Of a stretch of 64,000 nucleotides of DNA, positions 1-9,614 are shown piece by piece. The notes beneath the pieces were generated by a model that was given only the letters and a program-made list of their open reading frames with translations, did not search any database and had not been told where the DNA came from. The stretch lies in assembly GCA_963708075.1 (NCBI GenBank), contig OY970194.1:896001-960000 (forward strand), given 5' to 3'. The stretch comes from Sedimentisphaerales bacterium. GTDB taxonomy: Bacteria > Planctomycetota > Phycisphaerae > Sedimentisphaerales > Anaerobacaceae. Both the position numbers and the translations under genes were made by a program. Every line of letters begins with the position of its first letter. Position 1 is the stretch's first letter.

Positions 1-1040
1 GGCGATATGTTCAGCGCAGCCGGCCGCTTGAGATCGAGTATCTGCGCCACCGTCGCATCGTCCAGAAGACCATTCGTATCGATCAGCTTGATATCGACGG
101 CTCCATACTGGTCGTCGTAGGCGCTGTAGATGATACGGTTTCCCACCAGTTGTTGTGCCCGCTCGGCATCGTCCGGCACGGCCAGGTGAACGAACGGCAC
201 GGCATAGCTTTTGGCCAGGATGGCCACGTGGGAGTTCGGCGTCGATGGCGCCAGGGAGACGATGCCGGCCAGGAAAGGCACCTCGGCGGGAATGCCATCC
301 GTGAGCAGGATATCGTTCGGCGCAAGCTGTCCGCTGTGATAGGCCGTATCAATCTCGCCGGCGGGAACGAACTTCAACAGGCCTAGGGCCCAGCCCTGTG
401 AGTAACAGGTATTGCCCTTGGCCCACCGGGCCGTGGAACCCAGCGATATGCCTTGCGACTCGAACCAGTCGCGGTCTTTCTCGGCGGCTGACTGCTGTTC
501 ATAAGTCGGAAAGTACAGGGCCTGCACCTCGGGCGGGGCCCCGATGCTCGCCTTCACCAGGTTGAACATGTCGCGAATCTGCTCGCGCTCATAGGGGTCC
601 TGCCGCACGAACTGGATGCCGTACTCGTTGAACTGCGCCTGCGGCGGTGTCCCGCTCGTCGGCGGAAAGATGACGGTACCCAGGACCGCTTTCTGATTAT
701 CCCGGAACAGGGTGACCGCATTGAACTGCTGCACGCTCATTCCGATGAACGGCTCCAGGTACTTGACCGCGAATGCATAATGGAACATGAACTTCTTGCT
801 GTCCTGGAAGCAGAGCTTTGGACTGTTGGGATCGAGCAGGATGGTGAACTTGACCCACCTGGCGCTGCCTTCCTGGCCATAAGCGAGGAATGCATCATCA
901 GGGAAGGTGATCTTGTCCTTGGAGACCGAATTGGTCGTCTGGCTGTATGCGGATGAAGAACACACGATGGCTATCAGACATGTCAAGCGCATCCACAATG
1001 CCAGGTTATTCCCTCTGGTTCCGCGGTTCATGGTCTTCAC
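1..1040 (-). CDS. Partial (runs off window) secreted PEP/pyruvate-binding-domain-like protein
   Basis: Not in the ORF track. Hand translation from GTG at 1040 is open to base 1: MKTMNRGTRGNNLALWMRLTCLIAIVCSSSAYSQ... (signal-like), then DILLTDGIPAEVPFLAGIVSLAPSTPNSHVAILAKSYAVP, which resembles the PEP-utiliser phospho-His motif (TSHxAIxAR..GIP). The start overlaps the upstream stop (GTGA). Confidence 0.7.
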   Translation of the reverse strand, partial: MKTMNRGTRGNNLALWMRLTCLIAIVCSSSAYSQTTNSVSKDKITFPDDAFLAYGQEGSARWVKFTILLDPNSPKLCFQDSKKFMFHYAFAVKYLEPFIGMSVQQFNAVTLFRDNQKAVLGTVIFPPTSGTPPQAQFNEYGIQFVRQDPYEREQIRDMFNLVKASIGAPPEVQALYFPTYEQQSAAEKDRDWFESQGISLGSTARWAKGNTCYSQGWALGLLKFVPAGEIDTAYHSGQLAPNDILLTDGIPAEVPFLAGIVSLAPSTPNSHVAILAKSYAVPFVHLAVPDDAERAQQLVGNRIIYSAYDDQYGAVDIKLIDTNGLLDDATVAQILDLKRPAALNIS

Positions 1041-2953
1041 TCGGAATCAAGCCCCTGCAGATTGGATTGGGAGGCTTCTATGGTGCCGCCGTAGGCCCCC
1101 ATATTGATGATATAGCCGTTGGGAAACATCTCACGGCCCACAAAGCCGCTCGGATCACCCGCATCGATACAGGGACTGAAAACGGCATCCTTCATCCATC
1201 GACCTATCCTAGCGTCCCACCGACCGGTTTTAGATCGCAAATGGTAATCGCCCATGACCCAGGCGGCGCCTGGGGCATCTGGTTCGACTTCTACGTCCGG
1301 GTGCTCGTCATCCACCCAGTACCCCTGGCCGGCAAACAGTGGATCGGCCATGAGATTGCCCGAGCCCGGTGAGCCGCCCGTGATGTCGCTGTAGCTTATG
1401 TCGATCGCCCCGGTCCCGAGATGGAGCACTTCACTCGGCGAATTGCCCCAGAGAATCGAGTTGGTCACGACCACGTGACTATTCGATGAGTACAAACCTG
1501 CGCTCGATTCGCCGGCATGGTTATCCGCGATCGTGCAGTTGATGAACAATGCGTTGCTGTCGGCGCAGGACACGATCGCGCCATTCGAATCGCTCGCACG
1601 GTTGCCCGCAATCAGGCAGTTGGAGACGATGGGGCTGCTGGCCGTGCATCGGATGGCCGCTGCGCGATCGTCCTTGCCGCCCGTGATCACAAAGCCCTCC
1701 AACTTGCAGTCCGGGCCCTCGCCGCGAGTGAAATTCACGACCGGACCTGTCCCGCCACCTTCGATCGTCGGCCACCGAGGGTTGTTGGCTTCGGCCGGAT
1801 CAAATCCGGTTAACCAAATTCCTTTGCCGAGCAGGTCAATGTTCTCGCGGTACCTCCCCGCATGGACAAAGACAGTCGCTCCGTCGGCCGCAGCATCGAT
1901 CGCCTCTTGAATCCGGTCAAAAGGATGTCCCCGCATCCCGTTCTCCTTTGGATCGCTCACGCTCGCGTCGCCCGGGCGGGGATCGCTGGAGGCGTCGTCA
2001 TCCACATGGAGCACACGCGCGTCCATCAGGGAATCATCGGGAAGGTCGTGGTCGCCACTGGGGTCGTTCACACTCCTGAAGTTCGCCCGGATTTGATGGT
2101 CCTGCTCAACCGTTACGGAGACGGGATTGTCCGACGTGATGTACGTGCCGGAAAAGCCGGCGAACACGAAGCCCGGTTCGGCTTCCGCCTGCACGAAGAC
2201 GATCTCGCCGTTGTCGTACAGGAACTCACCCTCTCCGGGATCGCTGATGTGCCCTCCCGCCGTGGAGGAGAATACCACTCGGTGCCGGGCACAGGCGTTA
2301 TGCCGGATATCCAGGCCGGGATTGTTGGCGATGATCTGTGGGATGTGAACGGTGCACGCATTCGTGTTCAGCGGATTGCCGCGGATGTCGAGAAACGCAA
2401 GTTCCGTCAGTCCCGCAAGGGCCGAGATATCGCTGAACTGATTGTACTGGAGGTTGGCCTCCCGCAGATTCGTCAGACCGGACAAGCCGGAGATATCGGT
2501 GATTCTATTCCATTCAAGGTGGAGATGGCCCAGGTTGGTCATACCCGACAGCGCAGAGACATCGGTAATGGAGTTGTACCGAATGATCAGCGTCTCCAGG
2601 TTGGTGAGCCCGGCCAGAGGCGATATGTCACTGATGACGTCATTGCCATGACCGTCCAGAAAGCGGAGATTCGTCAGGCCGGCCAGGGGCGAAAGGTCAC
2701 TGATCCGGTTCCACCGGATCCACAGCCTCTCCAGGTTCAAGGCATGCTCGATGCCCGTCAGGTTGGTGATCCCCCTGTCCTCTGCGGCCAGGGAGGTCAG
2801 GCCCAGCATGTCCTCCGGCGTCGGGTCCGATATCCACAGCGTCTCCTCGACGACGGCTTTCAGGTGAGGATCGGCAAAGTAGACCGGGTCCGACGCCCAG
2901 ACAGGGACCCATAGCCACAATAACAGCGCCGACGCAAGTACTACCCTACCCAT
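1037..2953 (-). CDS. Secreted LRR (internalin-type) + InlB-B-like repeat + pectin-lyase-like beta-helix protein, paralogue 1
   Basis: GGAGGA RBS and signal peptide; 7 LRRs (e.g. LETLIIRYNSITDVSALSGMTN); GGHISDPGEGEF module; HPFDRIQEAIDAA..YRENID; C-terminal GDYHL..SPCIDAGDP..INMGAYGGT. Confidence 0.85.
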   Translation of the reverse strand: MGRVVLASALLLWLWVPVWASDPVYFADPHLKAVVEETLWISDPTPEDMLGLTSLAAEDRGITNLTGIEHALNLERLWIRWNRISDLSPLAGLTNLRFLDGHGNDVISDISPLAGLTNLETLIIRYNSITDVSALSGMTNLGHLHLEWNRITDISGLSGLTNLREANLQYNQFSDISALAGLTELAFLDIRGNPLNTNACTVHIPQIIANNPGLDIRHNACARHRVVFSSTAGGHISDPGEGEFLYDNGEIVFVQAEAEPGFVFAGFSGTYITSDNPVSVTVEQDHQIRANFRSVNDPSGDHDLPDDSLMDARVLHVDDDASSDPRPGDASVSDPKENGMRGHPFDRIQEAIDAAADGATVFVHAGRYRENIDLLGKGIWLTGFDPAEANNPRWPTIEGGGTGPVVNFTRGEGPDCKLEGFVITGGKDDRAAAIRCTASSPIVSNCLIAGNRASDSNGAIVSCADSNALFINCTIADNHAGESSAGLYSSNSHVVVTNSILWGNSPSEVLHLGTGAIDISYSDITGGSPGSGNLMADPLFAGQGYWVDDEHPDVEVEPDAPGAAWVMGDYHLRSKTGRWDARIGRWMKDAVFSPCIDAGDPSGFVGREMFPNGYIINMGAYGGTIEASQSNLQGLDSE

Positions 2954-3024
2954 GTCCTCCTCGGATGCGAAGTTGCCTGGAGCGTCAGGAAGATCCCTCT
3001 GTGCGACACCCATTTGAAGCGCTT

Positions 3025-3053
3025 ATCATAGCAAAAAAATCCGGGATTTTCAA
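3025..3053 (-). promoter_or_regulatory. Sigma70-type promoter for LRR paralogue 1
   Basis: Minus strand TTGAAA-17 bp-TATGAT with a TG extended -10. Confidence 0.6.
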
Positions 3054-3240
3054 GAGAAAAGTGGGATTCATCTATCTGGGGTGTGGCTACATTTCGTGGC
3101 ATGGCTCTGGCTTCGGGCCAGAAGGTCGTGCGAGGCCCCATGGCCTTTGAGATATCGGCGGTCCCGCGTGCACGGCGAGCGTCCTCGGTCGCCTCGTGAA
3201 GCTATTGAGACCCGTGAGAATCAGTCACTCGCATCGGCCT

Positions 3241-5118
3241 TTAGCGCCCGCCTCTCCATCCGGGGACTATGGATGGCATGTAGGACTTGCATGCCTGGGC
3301 TGTGCCGCCGTAGACGCCCATATTGATGATACCGCCATTCGGGAACGGCTCGTCGCCCACCCAACTGCGCGGATCGCCGGCATCGATGCAGGGGCTGCTC
3401 GCCCTGTCCCGCACCCACAGGCCCGAGGCGGGGTCCCAGCGGCCGGCCCTGGACTTGAGGTGATAGTCGCCCATGATCCAGACCGCATCGGGGTTGGTCG
3501 GGCTGACAACAACCTCCGATCGATTGGGATCTACCCAGGAGCCGGTCCGTACAAACAACGGGTCAGTATCCACGTTCCCCCGGCCCGGCCAGCCGCCGGC
3601 TATGTCACTGAAGCGAACATAGGGGGCGACACCTTCCGCGCTGATTCCTGTGGGGGCGTTCGCCCAAATGACGGAATTGACCACCACCACACGGCTTTCG
3701 CGCAGACACAAGCCCGCGCCATTGTCGCCGGCATGGTTGTCGGCAATCACGCAGTTGATGAATGCCGCCTGGCTGTCTTTGCAGAATACCGCGACGCCAT
3801 TCGGATCCGTCGCACGGTTTCCCACGATCAGGCAGTTGGCAATCGTCGGACTGCCGGCGACGCATTGGATTGCCCCGGTGGACCGGGCTCTGCCACCCGT
3901 GATCGTGAAACCGATCAGCATGCTGTTGGGGTCTTCTCCGCTGGCAAACCTCACGACCGTATCGGCCCCATCCCCGTCGATGACCGGCCATGTCGCTCCA
4001 TTGGGTTCGTTGACCTCCATTCCGATCAGCCGAATGCCTTTTCCGAGGAAATCGATGCTCTCGCGATAGACTCCCGGGGCGACGATGATGAAGGCGCCTT
4101 CGGCAGCGACTTCTATCGCCTCCTGGATCCGGTCGAACGGACACTCGGGTGTCCCGTTCTGCAGGGAACGGCTCTCCGCGGGCACGGGGGCATCCCCGTT
4201 CTGAAGGGCGAGGTTGCTGACGTAGATGACGTCCCTTGTACACAGGAAATTGGCTCGCATCACGAAGTTGTCGTCCATCGTGAGGTACAGGGAACTGCGC
4301 GGCTCGGAATAGCTGCCCGACCAGTTGAGGAAGACGAAACCAGGTTCCGCCTCCGCCTGCAACCAGACGACCTCACCGTGCTCCCAGGTGAACTCTCCTT
4401 CACCCGGATGTATGACCGAGCCGCCTGCAGTTGATGAGAGCACCAGGTGTCGGCGCGTCGATGGGTAATATGCCAACCACATTCCCGGATGGTTCTGAAG
4501 CATCTGCGGGATGTGACTGCCATAGGTTTCTTCGCTCAAGGGATTGATCCGCAGGTCCAGCCATTCGAGTGACGGCAATTCGACCAGGCCGAAGATGTCG
4601 CTGACCTGGTTCCTGTGCAAGTCGAGCGAGCGCAGCCGGGACAGGCCGGACAGGGGGGAAACGTCCCTGACCTCATTGCGCTGAAGGTTCAGGATCTCGA
4701 GATTGCCCGCTGACGAGAGGGCCGAAATATCGCTGACTTCGTTGCTGAAGAGATCCAGTTCTTCCAGATTACTCAATCCGGCGAGCGCCGAGATGTCGCT
4801 GACCCGGTTGCTCCTGAGCGACAGCACCCGCAGATTGGCCAGGCCGGACAGAACTGCAATATCGCAGATGTCGTTGTTGGGAAGTTCCAGGGTCTGCAAG
4901 TTCGTGGCAGACTCCAAGCCCGTCAGGTCGATGATGCCATCGTCGCCTGCATAAAGACAGGTCAGCCCCAGCATGTCCTCCGGCGTCGGATCCGGGATCC
5001 ACAATTCCGCCTCTACCGCCTCCTTGAGGTTGTCGTCGGCAAAATAAACCTGCGCCTCCGCGCACACCAAACCCGACCAAGACAATGCCAGGAATAGCAC
5101 AAGTAGTCGCTTTTCCAT
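3241..5118 (-). CDS. Secreted LRR + beta-helix protein, paralogue 2
   Basis: Same architecture as paralogue 1; 7 LRRs; signal peptide MEKRLLVLFLALSWSGLVCA. Confidence 0.85.
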   Translation of the reverse strand: MEKRLLVLFLALSWSGLVCAEAQVYFADDNLKEAVEAELWIPDPTPEDMLGLTCLYAGDDGIIDLTGLESATNLQTLELPNNDICDIAVLSGLANLRVLSLRSNRVSDISALAGLSNLEELDLFSNEVSDISALSSAGNLEILNLQRNEVRDVSPLSGLSRLRSLDLHRNQVSDIFGLVELPSLEWLDLRINPLSEETYGSHIPQMLQNHPGMWLAYYPSTRRHLVLSSTAGGSVIHPGEGEFTWEHGEVVWLQAEAEPGFVFLNWSGSYSEPRSSLYLTMDDNFVMRANFLCTRDVIYVSNLALQNGDAPVPAESRSLQNGTPECPFDRIQEAIEVAAEGAFIIVAPGVYRESIDFLGKGIRLIGMEVNEPNGATWPVIDGDGADTVVRFASGEDPNSMLIGFTITGGRARSTGAIQCVAGSPTIANCLIVGNRATDPNGVAVFCKDSQAAFINCVIADNHAGDNGAGLCLRESRVVVVNSVIWANAPTGISAEGVAPYVRFSDIAGGWPGRGNVDTDPLFVRTGSWVDPNRSEVVVSPTNPDAVWIMGDYHLKSRAGRWDPASGLWVRDRASSPCIDAGDPRSWVGDEPFPNGGIINMGVYGGTAQACKSYMPSIVPGWRGGR

Positions 5119-5344
5119 AGCCTTTCCTCCGCCATGCGGCCCCTCGCAGGCGTTGTCCTGGATACAGGACGTATTTCGCCCGGGAAAATTTCACTCGTTG
5201 TGAAAAAAAGTGCATTTGGAGGCGGAGATCGACGTGCGCGGATTGGGCAGCCAGGCGGATGCGAATGACGGACAGCAGTGGATGTCATCCGAACGAGTCC
5301 CTGCTCGGCGGGGGGTATATATGTGGTAGCCTTGGCGAGAATCC

Positions 5345-7147
5345 CTATGGGAAGAGGGGGGATTTGCTGGCTTCTGCTGTACCGCCGTAGACGCCCATGT
5401 TGATGATTGCGCCGTTGGGCGACGGCTCTTGACCGATGGGAGCAGCGGGATCGCCGCCATCGATGCACGGGCTGGTGACTTCGTCCGGCAGCCACGTGCC
5501 TGTCTTCGGGTCCCAGCGGCCGGCTCGTGATTGCAGGTGGTAGTCGCCCATGACCCAGATTGCATTGGGATCGTTCGGCGTGACCGTCACGCCGGGATTG
5601 CCCCGATCTGTCCAGCGGCCGAGGCCGACGAATAAAGGATCGACCGTGAGATTGCCCAAACCCGCCCAGCCGTCCGCCACCACGCTGTAACGAATGGAAG
5701 GCAAATCATCCCCTTCCGTCAGGATCGCCTTGGGCCAGTTGCCCCAGAGAATGGAGTTGACCACAGCCACCTTGGCGTTCACAAGGGACATACCGGCGCC
5801 GAATTGTCCTACGTGATTGTCAGCGATCGTGCAGTTGATGAAGGCAGCGTTGCTGTCCGTGCAAAGGACCGCGGCGCCATTCCAATCAGTCGCACGGTTG
5901 CCTGCGATCAGACAGTTGGAAATGGTCGGGCTGCTTTCCGTGCAACGGATGGCCGCGGCAGTTCGGCTCGTGCCTCCGGTGATCACCAGGCTGGCCAGCA
6001 GGCAGTTCTGATCCTCCTTGTGAGTGAAACTTACCACCGGACCGTTGCCGCCTCCGTCGATCACAGGCCATGCGGCTCCGTTAGGATCGTTCGGATCAAA
6101 CCCCGTCAGTGCGATGTGCTTGCCCAGGAAATCGATGGTTTCCCGGTATGTCCCCGCATGCACGAAGATGGTTGCACCTTCGGCGGCGATGTCAGTCGCC
6201 TCGCGAACGCTGTCGAATGGATGCTCACGGGTCCCGTTCTCCTGCGGGTCGCTGATCGCCCCGTTGCCCGGGCCCGGGTCGGCCGGAGCATCATCATCCA
6301 CGTGGATCACACTGAGGATGCTGACGAAATTGGCCCGCATCGTGTAATCCTGATCCACCTTCAAGGGCAGCGGATTCTGGGTCGTGACCCACGAGCCGGA
6401 CCACCCCGCGAAGGCGAAGCCGGGATCGGCCTGGGCCTCCAGCGACAAGGTCTCGCCAAAGGCAACGGTGAACGTTCCTTCGCCCGGGGTGACCACCGAT
6501 CCGCCGGCCGACGCGGAAAGCACCAGTTGACCGGCAAAGAACCCGTCGTACAACACGGTGATGCCAGGATTGTTTGCCTTGATCTGCGGGATGTAGGTAT
6601 GGTATGCATCCTGGTTTAGCGGAAGAGCACGCAGGTCAAGCCACGTGAGAGACGTCAGGCCCGCCAGAGGCGAGATGTCGCTGATGAGGTTCCTGTGAAG
6701 GCACACGGACGCCAGATTGGGCAGTCCGGAGAGAGCCGAGATGTCAGTGACCTCGTTCGATTCAATGTCGAGGGACTCCAGCTCCATCAAGCCGGACAAC
6801 GGGCCAATACTGCTGAATCCGTTGCCGAGAAGGGCCACCGACCTCAGATGGATCAACCCGGAGAGGGGGGACAGGTCATAGACCGTGTGGTACTTGAGGT
6901 TCAGGGTAGTCAGATTCATCGCGTATTCCAGGCCTGAGAGGTTCGAGATGGCATTGATTCGCTGCCATGTGAGGGGAATCACCAGTTCTGTCAGGCCGAG
7001 CATATCGGTCGGCGTCGGGTCCGAAATGAACAGCTTATCCTCTACGGCGGCCTTCAACTTCGGATCGGGGAAATGGACGGGCTCTTCGGCCCACGCCGTA
7101 CCGAGGAGAAGGCTGGACAACACTAGGGCAAGAGGTATTCTCCTCAT
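5345..7147 (-). CDS. Secreted LRR + beta-helix protein, paralogue 3
   Basis: Same architecture; 6 LRRs; ATG at 7147 after GGAGA (alternative GTG at 7159). Confidence 0.85.
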   Translation of the reverse strand: MRRIPLALVLSSLLLGTAWAEEPVHFPDPKLKAAVEDKLFISDPTPTDMLGLTELVIPLTWQRINAISNLSGLEYAMNLTTLNLKYHTVYDLSPLSGLIHLRSVALLGNGFSSIGPLSGLMELESLDIESNEVTDISALSGLPNLASVCLHRNLISDISPLAGLTSLTWLDLRALPLNQDAYHTYIPQIKANNPGITVLYDGFFAGQLVLSASAGGSVVTPGEGTFTVAFGETLSLEAQADPGFAFAGWSGSWVTTQNPLPLKVDQDYTMRANFVSILSVIHVDDDAPADPGPGNGAISDPQENGTREHPFDSVREATDIAAEGATIFVHAGTYRETIDFLGKHIALTGFDPNDPNGAAWPVIDGGGNGPVVSFTHKEDQNCLLASLVITGGTSRTAAAIRCTESSPTISNCLIAGNRATDWNGAAVLCTDSNAAFINCTIADNHVGQFGAGMSLVNAKVAVVNSILWGNWPKAILTEGDDLPSIRYSVVADGWAGLGNLTVDPLFVGLGRWTDRGNPGVTVTPNDPNAIWVMGDYHLQSRAGRWDPKTGTWLPDEVTSPCIDGGDPAAPIGQEPSPNGAIINMGVYGGTAEASKSPLFP

Positions 7148-7230
7148 TGTTTTCTCCACGAAGTGACTTCGCGTATCCGATAGCAGGCAGATCCCTCCGC
7201 GTCATGGATGCCCCCATGCAACCAGGTTCG

Positions 7231-7259
7231 AGTATAGCAGTTCAGATGCGAGATTTCAA
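7231..7259 (-). promoter_or_regulatory. Sigma70-type promoter for LRR paralogue 3
   Basis: TTGAAA-17 bp-TATACT with a TG extended -10. Confidence 0.6.
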
Positions 7260-7284
7260 GGAAAACCTGTACGGTGTCGCCTCC

Positions 7285-9344
7285 TCACGGCGAATGAAGT
7301 TGAGGACCCGATTTGGCGGCTTCGGCGGTGCCGCCGTAAGCGCCCAGGTTGATAATTCCACCGTTGGGCAGCGGCTCACGGCCAACCGGGATGGCCGGGT
7401 CGCCGGCATCTATGCACGGGCTGGTTGCTTTATCCTGTAGCCATTTGCCGGTTCTCGGGGTTCCAGCGACCTGTCTGTGACTGCAGATGGTAGTCTCCCA
7501 TGACCCAGAGTGCGCTGCGATAGTCCGGCTTGACGGTCTCCCGCAGGATTGTCTTTATCCACCCAGTGGCCGGCTACTGCGAACCGCGGATTGGCAGAAG
7601 AATTCCCCACGCCGGGCCAGCCGCCTGCGACATCGCTGTAGCGGACAGTGGGCTTGCTCGTGTCGCTGGAGAGGATTTGCGCCGGCGCGTTGCTCCAGAG
7701 GATCGAGTTGGCTACGATCACGGGACTGTTGCGCAAGTACAGAGCGGCACCGGTCGCGCCCGCATAGTTGTCGGCAATCGTGCAGTTGATGAATGCGGCA
7801 TGGCTGTCCGTGCAGTAGATCGCTGCACCATCGGAATCGCTCGCACAGTTGCCCACAATCAGGCAGTTGGAAACTGTCGGGCTGGCGGCGGTGCATAGGA
7901 TCGCTCCCGCCTGCCGGCCTTTGCCTCCCGCGATCACAAGACCCGTCAGCAGACAGTCTGTGCCCTCGTTGTGCGTGAAACTGACGATCGGACCGATGCC
8001 GCCGCCATCGATCACCGGCCATGCCGCTCCGTCGGGATCATCCGGATCAAACCCTGTCAGCTCGATGCGCTTTCCGAGCAGGTCGATGTTCTCGCGATAC
8101 GTCCCCGCATGGAGGAAGATCGTTGCGCCACTGACAGCCGCATCGATCGCCTCCTGGATTCGGTCGAACGGATGCTGGCGGGTCCCATCCTCCCGGGGAT
8201 CGCTGATTCCTGGATTTCGGGGGCCAAGGTCGCCCGGAGCATCGTCATCCACGTGGATCGCAGTCCGCTCGCTGACGAAATTCGCCTGGATGTCATGATC
8301 CCGATCCATGGTTATGAATGCGGGATTCTCCGCAGAACTGTATGTGCCTGAGAAGCCGGTGAACTTGAAGCCGGGATCGGCTACTGCTTCCAGGCGGACT
8401 GTTGCGCCTTCCTCGAACCCAAACTGACCTTCGCCGGGAGAGACCACGGATCCGCCGGCCGTCGTGGAAATGGATAGCCGCCGAGAGGTGCACGGATCGT
8501 ACTGCAGGTGGATGCCCGGATTGTTTGCGAGGATCTGGGGGACGTAAACGGCACACGCGTCGCTGGACAAGGGATTGTTGGCAAGATCCAGATAGCCCAG
8601 GGACGTGAGACTCGCCAGGGCCGCGATGTCACTGATCAGGTTGCCCGAGAGTTGCAGCGATGTCAGGCCGCTCAGGCTGGACAGCGGCGAAAGGTCGCTG
8701 ATCTGGTTGGCGTAGACACTCAGGGTTTCCAGATTGCTCAGCCCGGAGAGAGGCGACAGATCACTGATCTCATTGATGCCCAGCCGCAGGGCTCGAAGGC
8801 CGTTGAGCCCGGAAAGAGGCGAGATGTCGCTGATCTGGTTGCCTTCCAGGATGAGAGTCTCCAGACTGGTCAAGCCTGATACTGCCGAGGCGCTGCTGAT
8901 CTGGTTGGCGTGGAGGTCCAGCATCTCCAGCTTGCTCAGGCCCGCCAGCGGGGATATGTCGCTGATCTCATTGTCATGGAGGATCAGGCTGCGCAGATCG
9001 GTCAGGCCCGCCAGGGGCGACAGATCGCTGATGTTGTTCTCGTTGAAAGCCAGGCTCTCCAGATTTACCATGCCGGCCAGGGGCGCCAAGCTGGTGAGCT
9101 GGCTGTGAATGCATTCAAAGGTGCGCAGGTTCATCGCGTATTCCAGGCCCGTCAAATCCGCAATGCCCACTCCGCTCGCGTCGAGAAAGGTCAGACCCAG
9201 CATGTCCGCGGGAGTCGGGTCCGTGACCCACAGTTCCATCTCGACGAGTTCCTTCAGCTTCGGATCAGCAAAATAGACCGGTGACTGGGCCGATAGGGAA
9301 CCAGCCGGCGCCAATAGCAGCAACACGACGAGGACCTGTCGCAC
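7285..9344 (-). pseudogene. Secreted LRR + beta-helix protein, paralogue 4; two +1 frameshifts near the C-terminus (real or sequencing error)
   Basis: 10 LRRs. Removing one base at ~7541 and one at ~7452 restores ...ALWVMGDYHLQSQTGRWNPETGKWLQDKATSPCIDAGDP...INLGAYGGTAEAAKS to a TGA at 7285, matching the paralogues. Confidence 0.8.
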
Positions 9345-9420
9345 GCGTTAACCCTCCTCAAACACTGTGATTGTGACACACCCTCAAAAAATGCATCCCG
9401 GCAGGCGACTCCATCAGACT

Positions 9421-9448
9421 ATTATAGCAGGAATCCCCCGGCCTGCAA
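9421..9448 (-). promoter_or_regulatory. Sigma70-type promoter for LRR paralogue 4
   Basis: TTGCAG-16 bp-TATAAT with a TG extended -10. Confidence 0.55.
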
Positions 9449-9614
9449 GTGAAACCGTGTGTGTGTCCGGCCGGGGGGAGAAATTGCTTGTCGGGGGTCC
9501 AGCCGTGCGGATAATAGAGGACGTTGGGCCGTAGGGCGGCCCGGGTCGCATGCGCGACCACTGGAATGCAGAGTACGTCTGGCTCGAGCAGCAGCCAGCA
9601 GGAGGCAAGTCACT

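Noticed and set aside
1037..9344. Diversity-generating retroelement acting on the paralogues
   Set aside because: No reverse transcriptase, and no template/variable repeat pair differing only at adenines was apparent.
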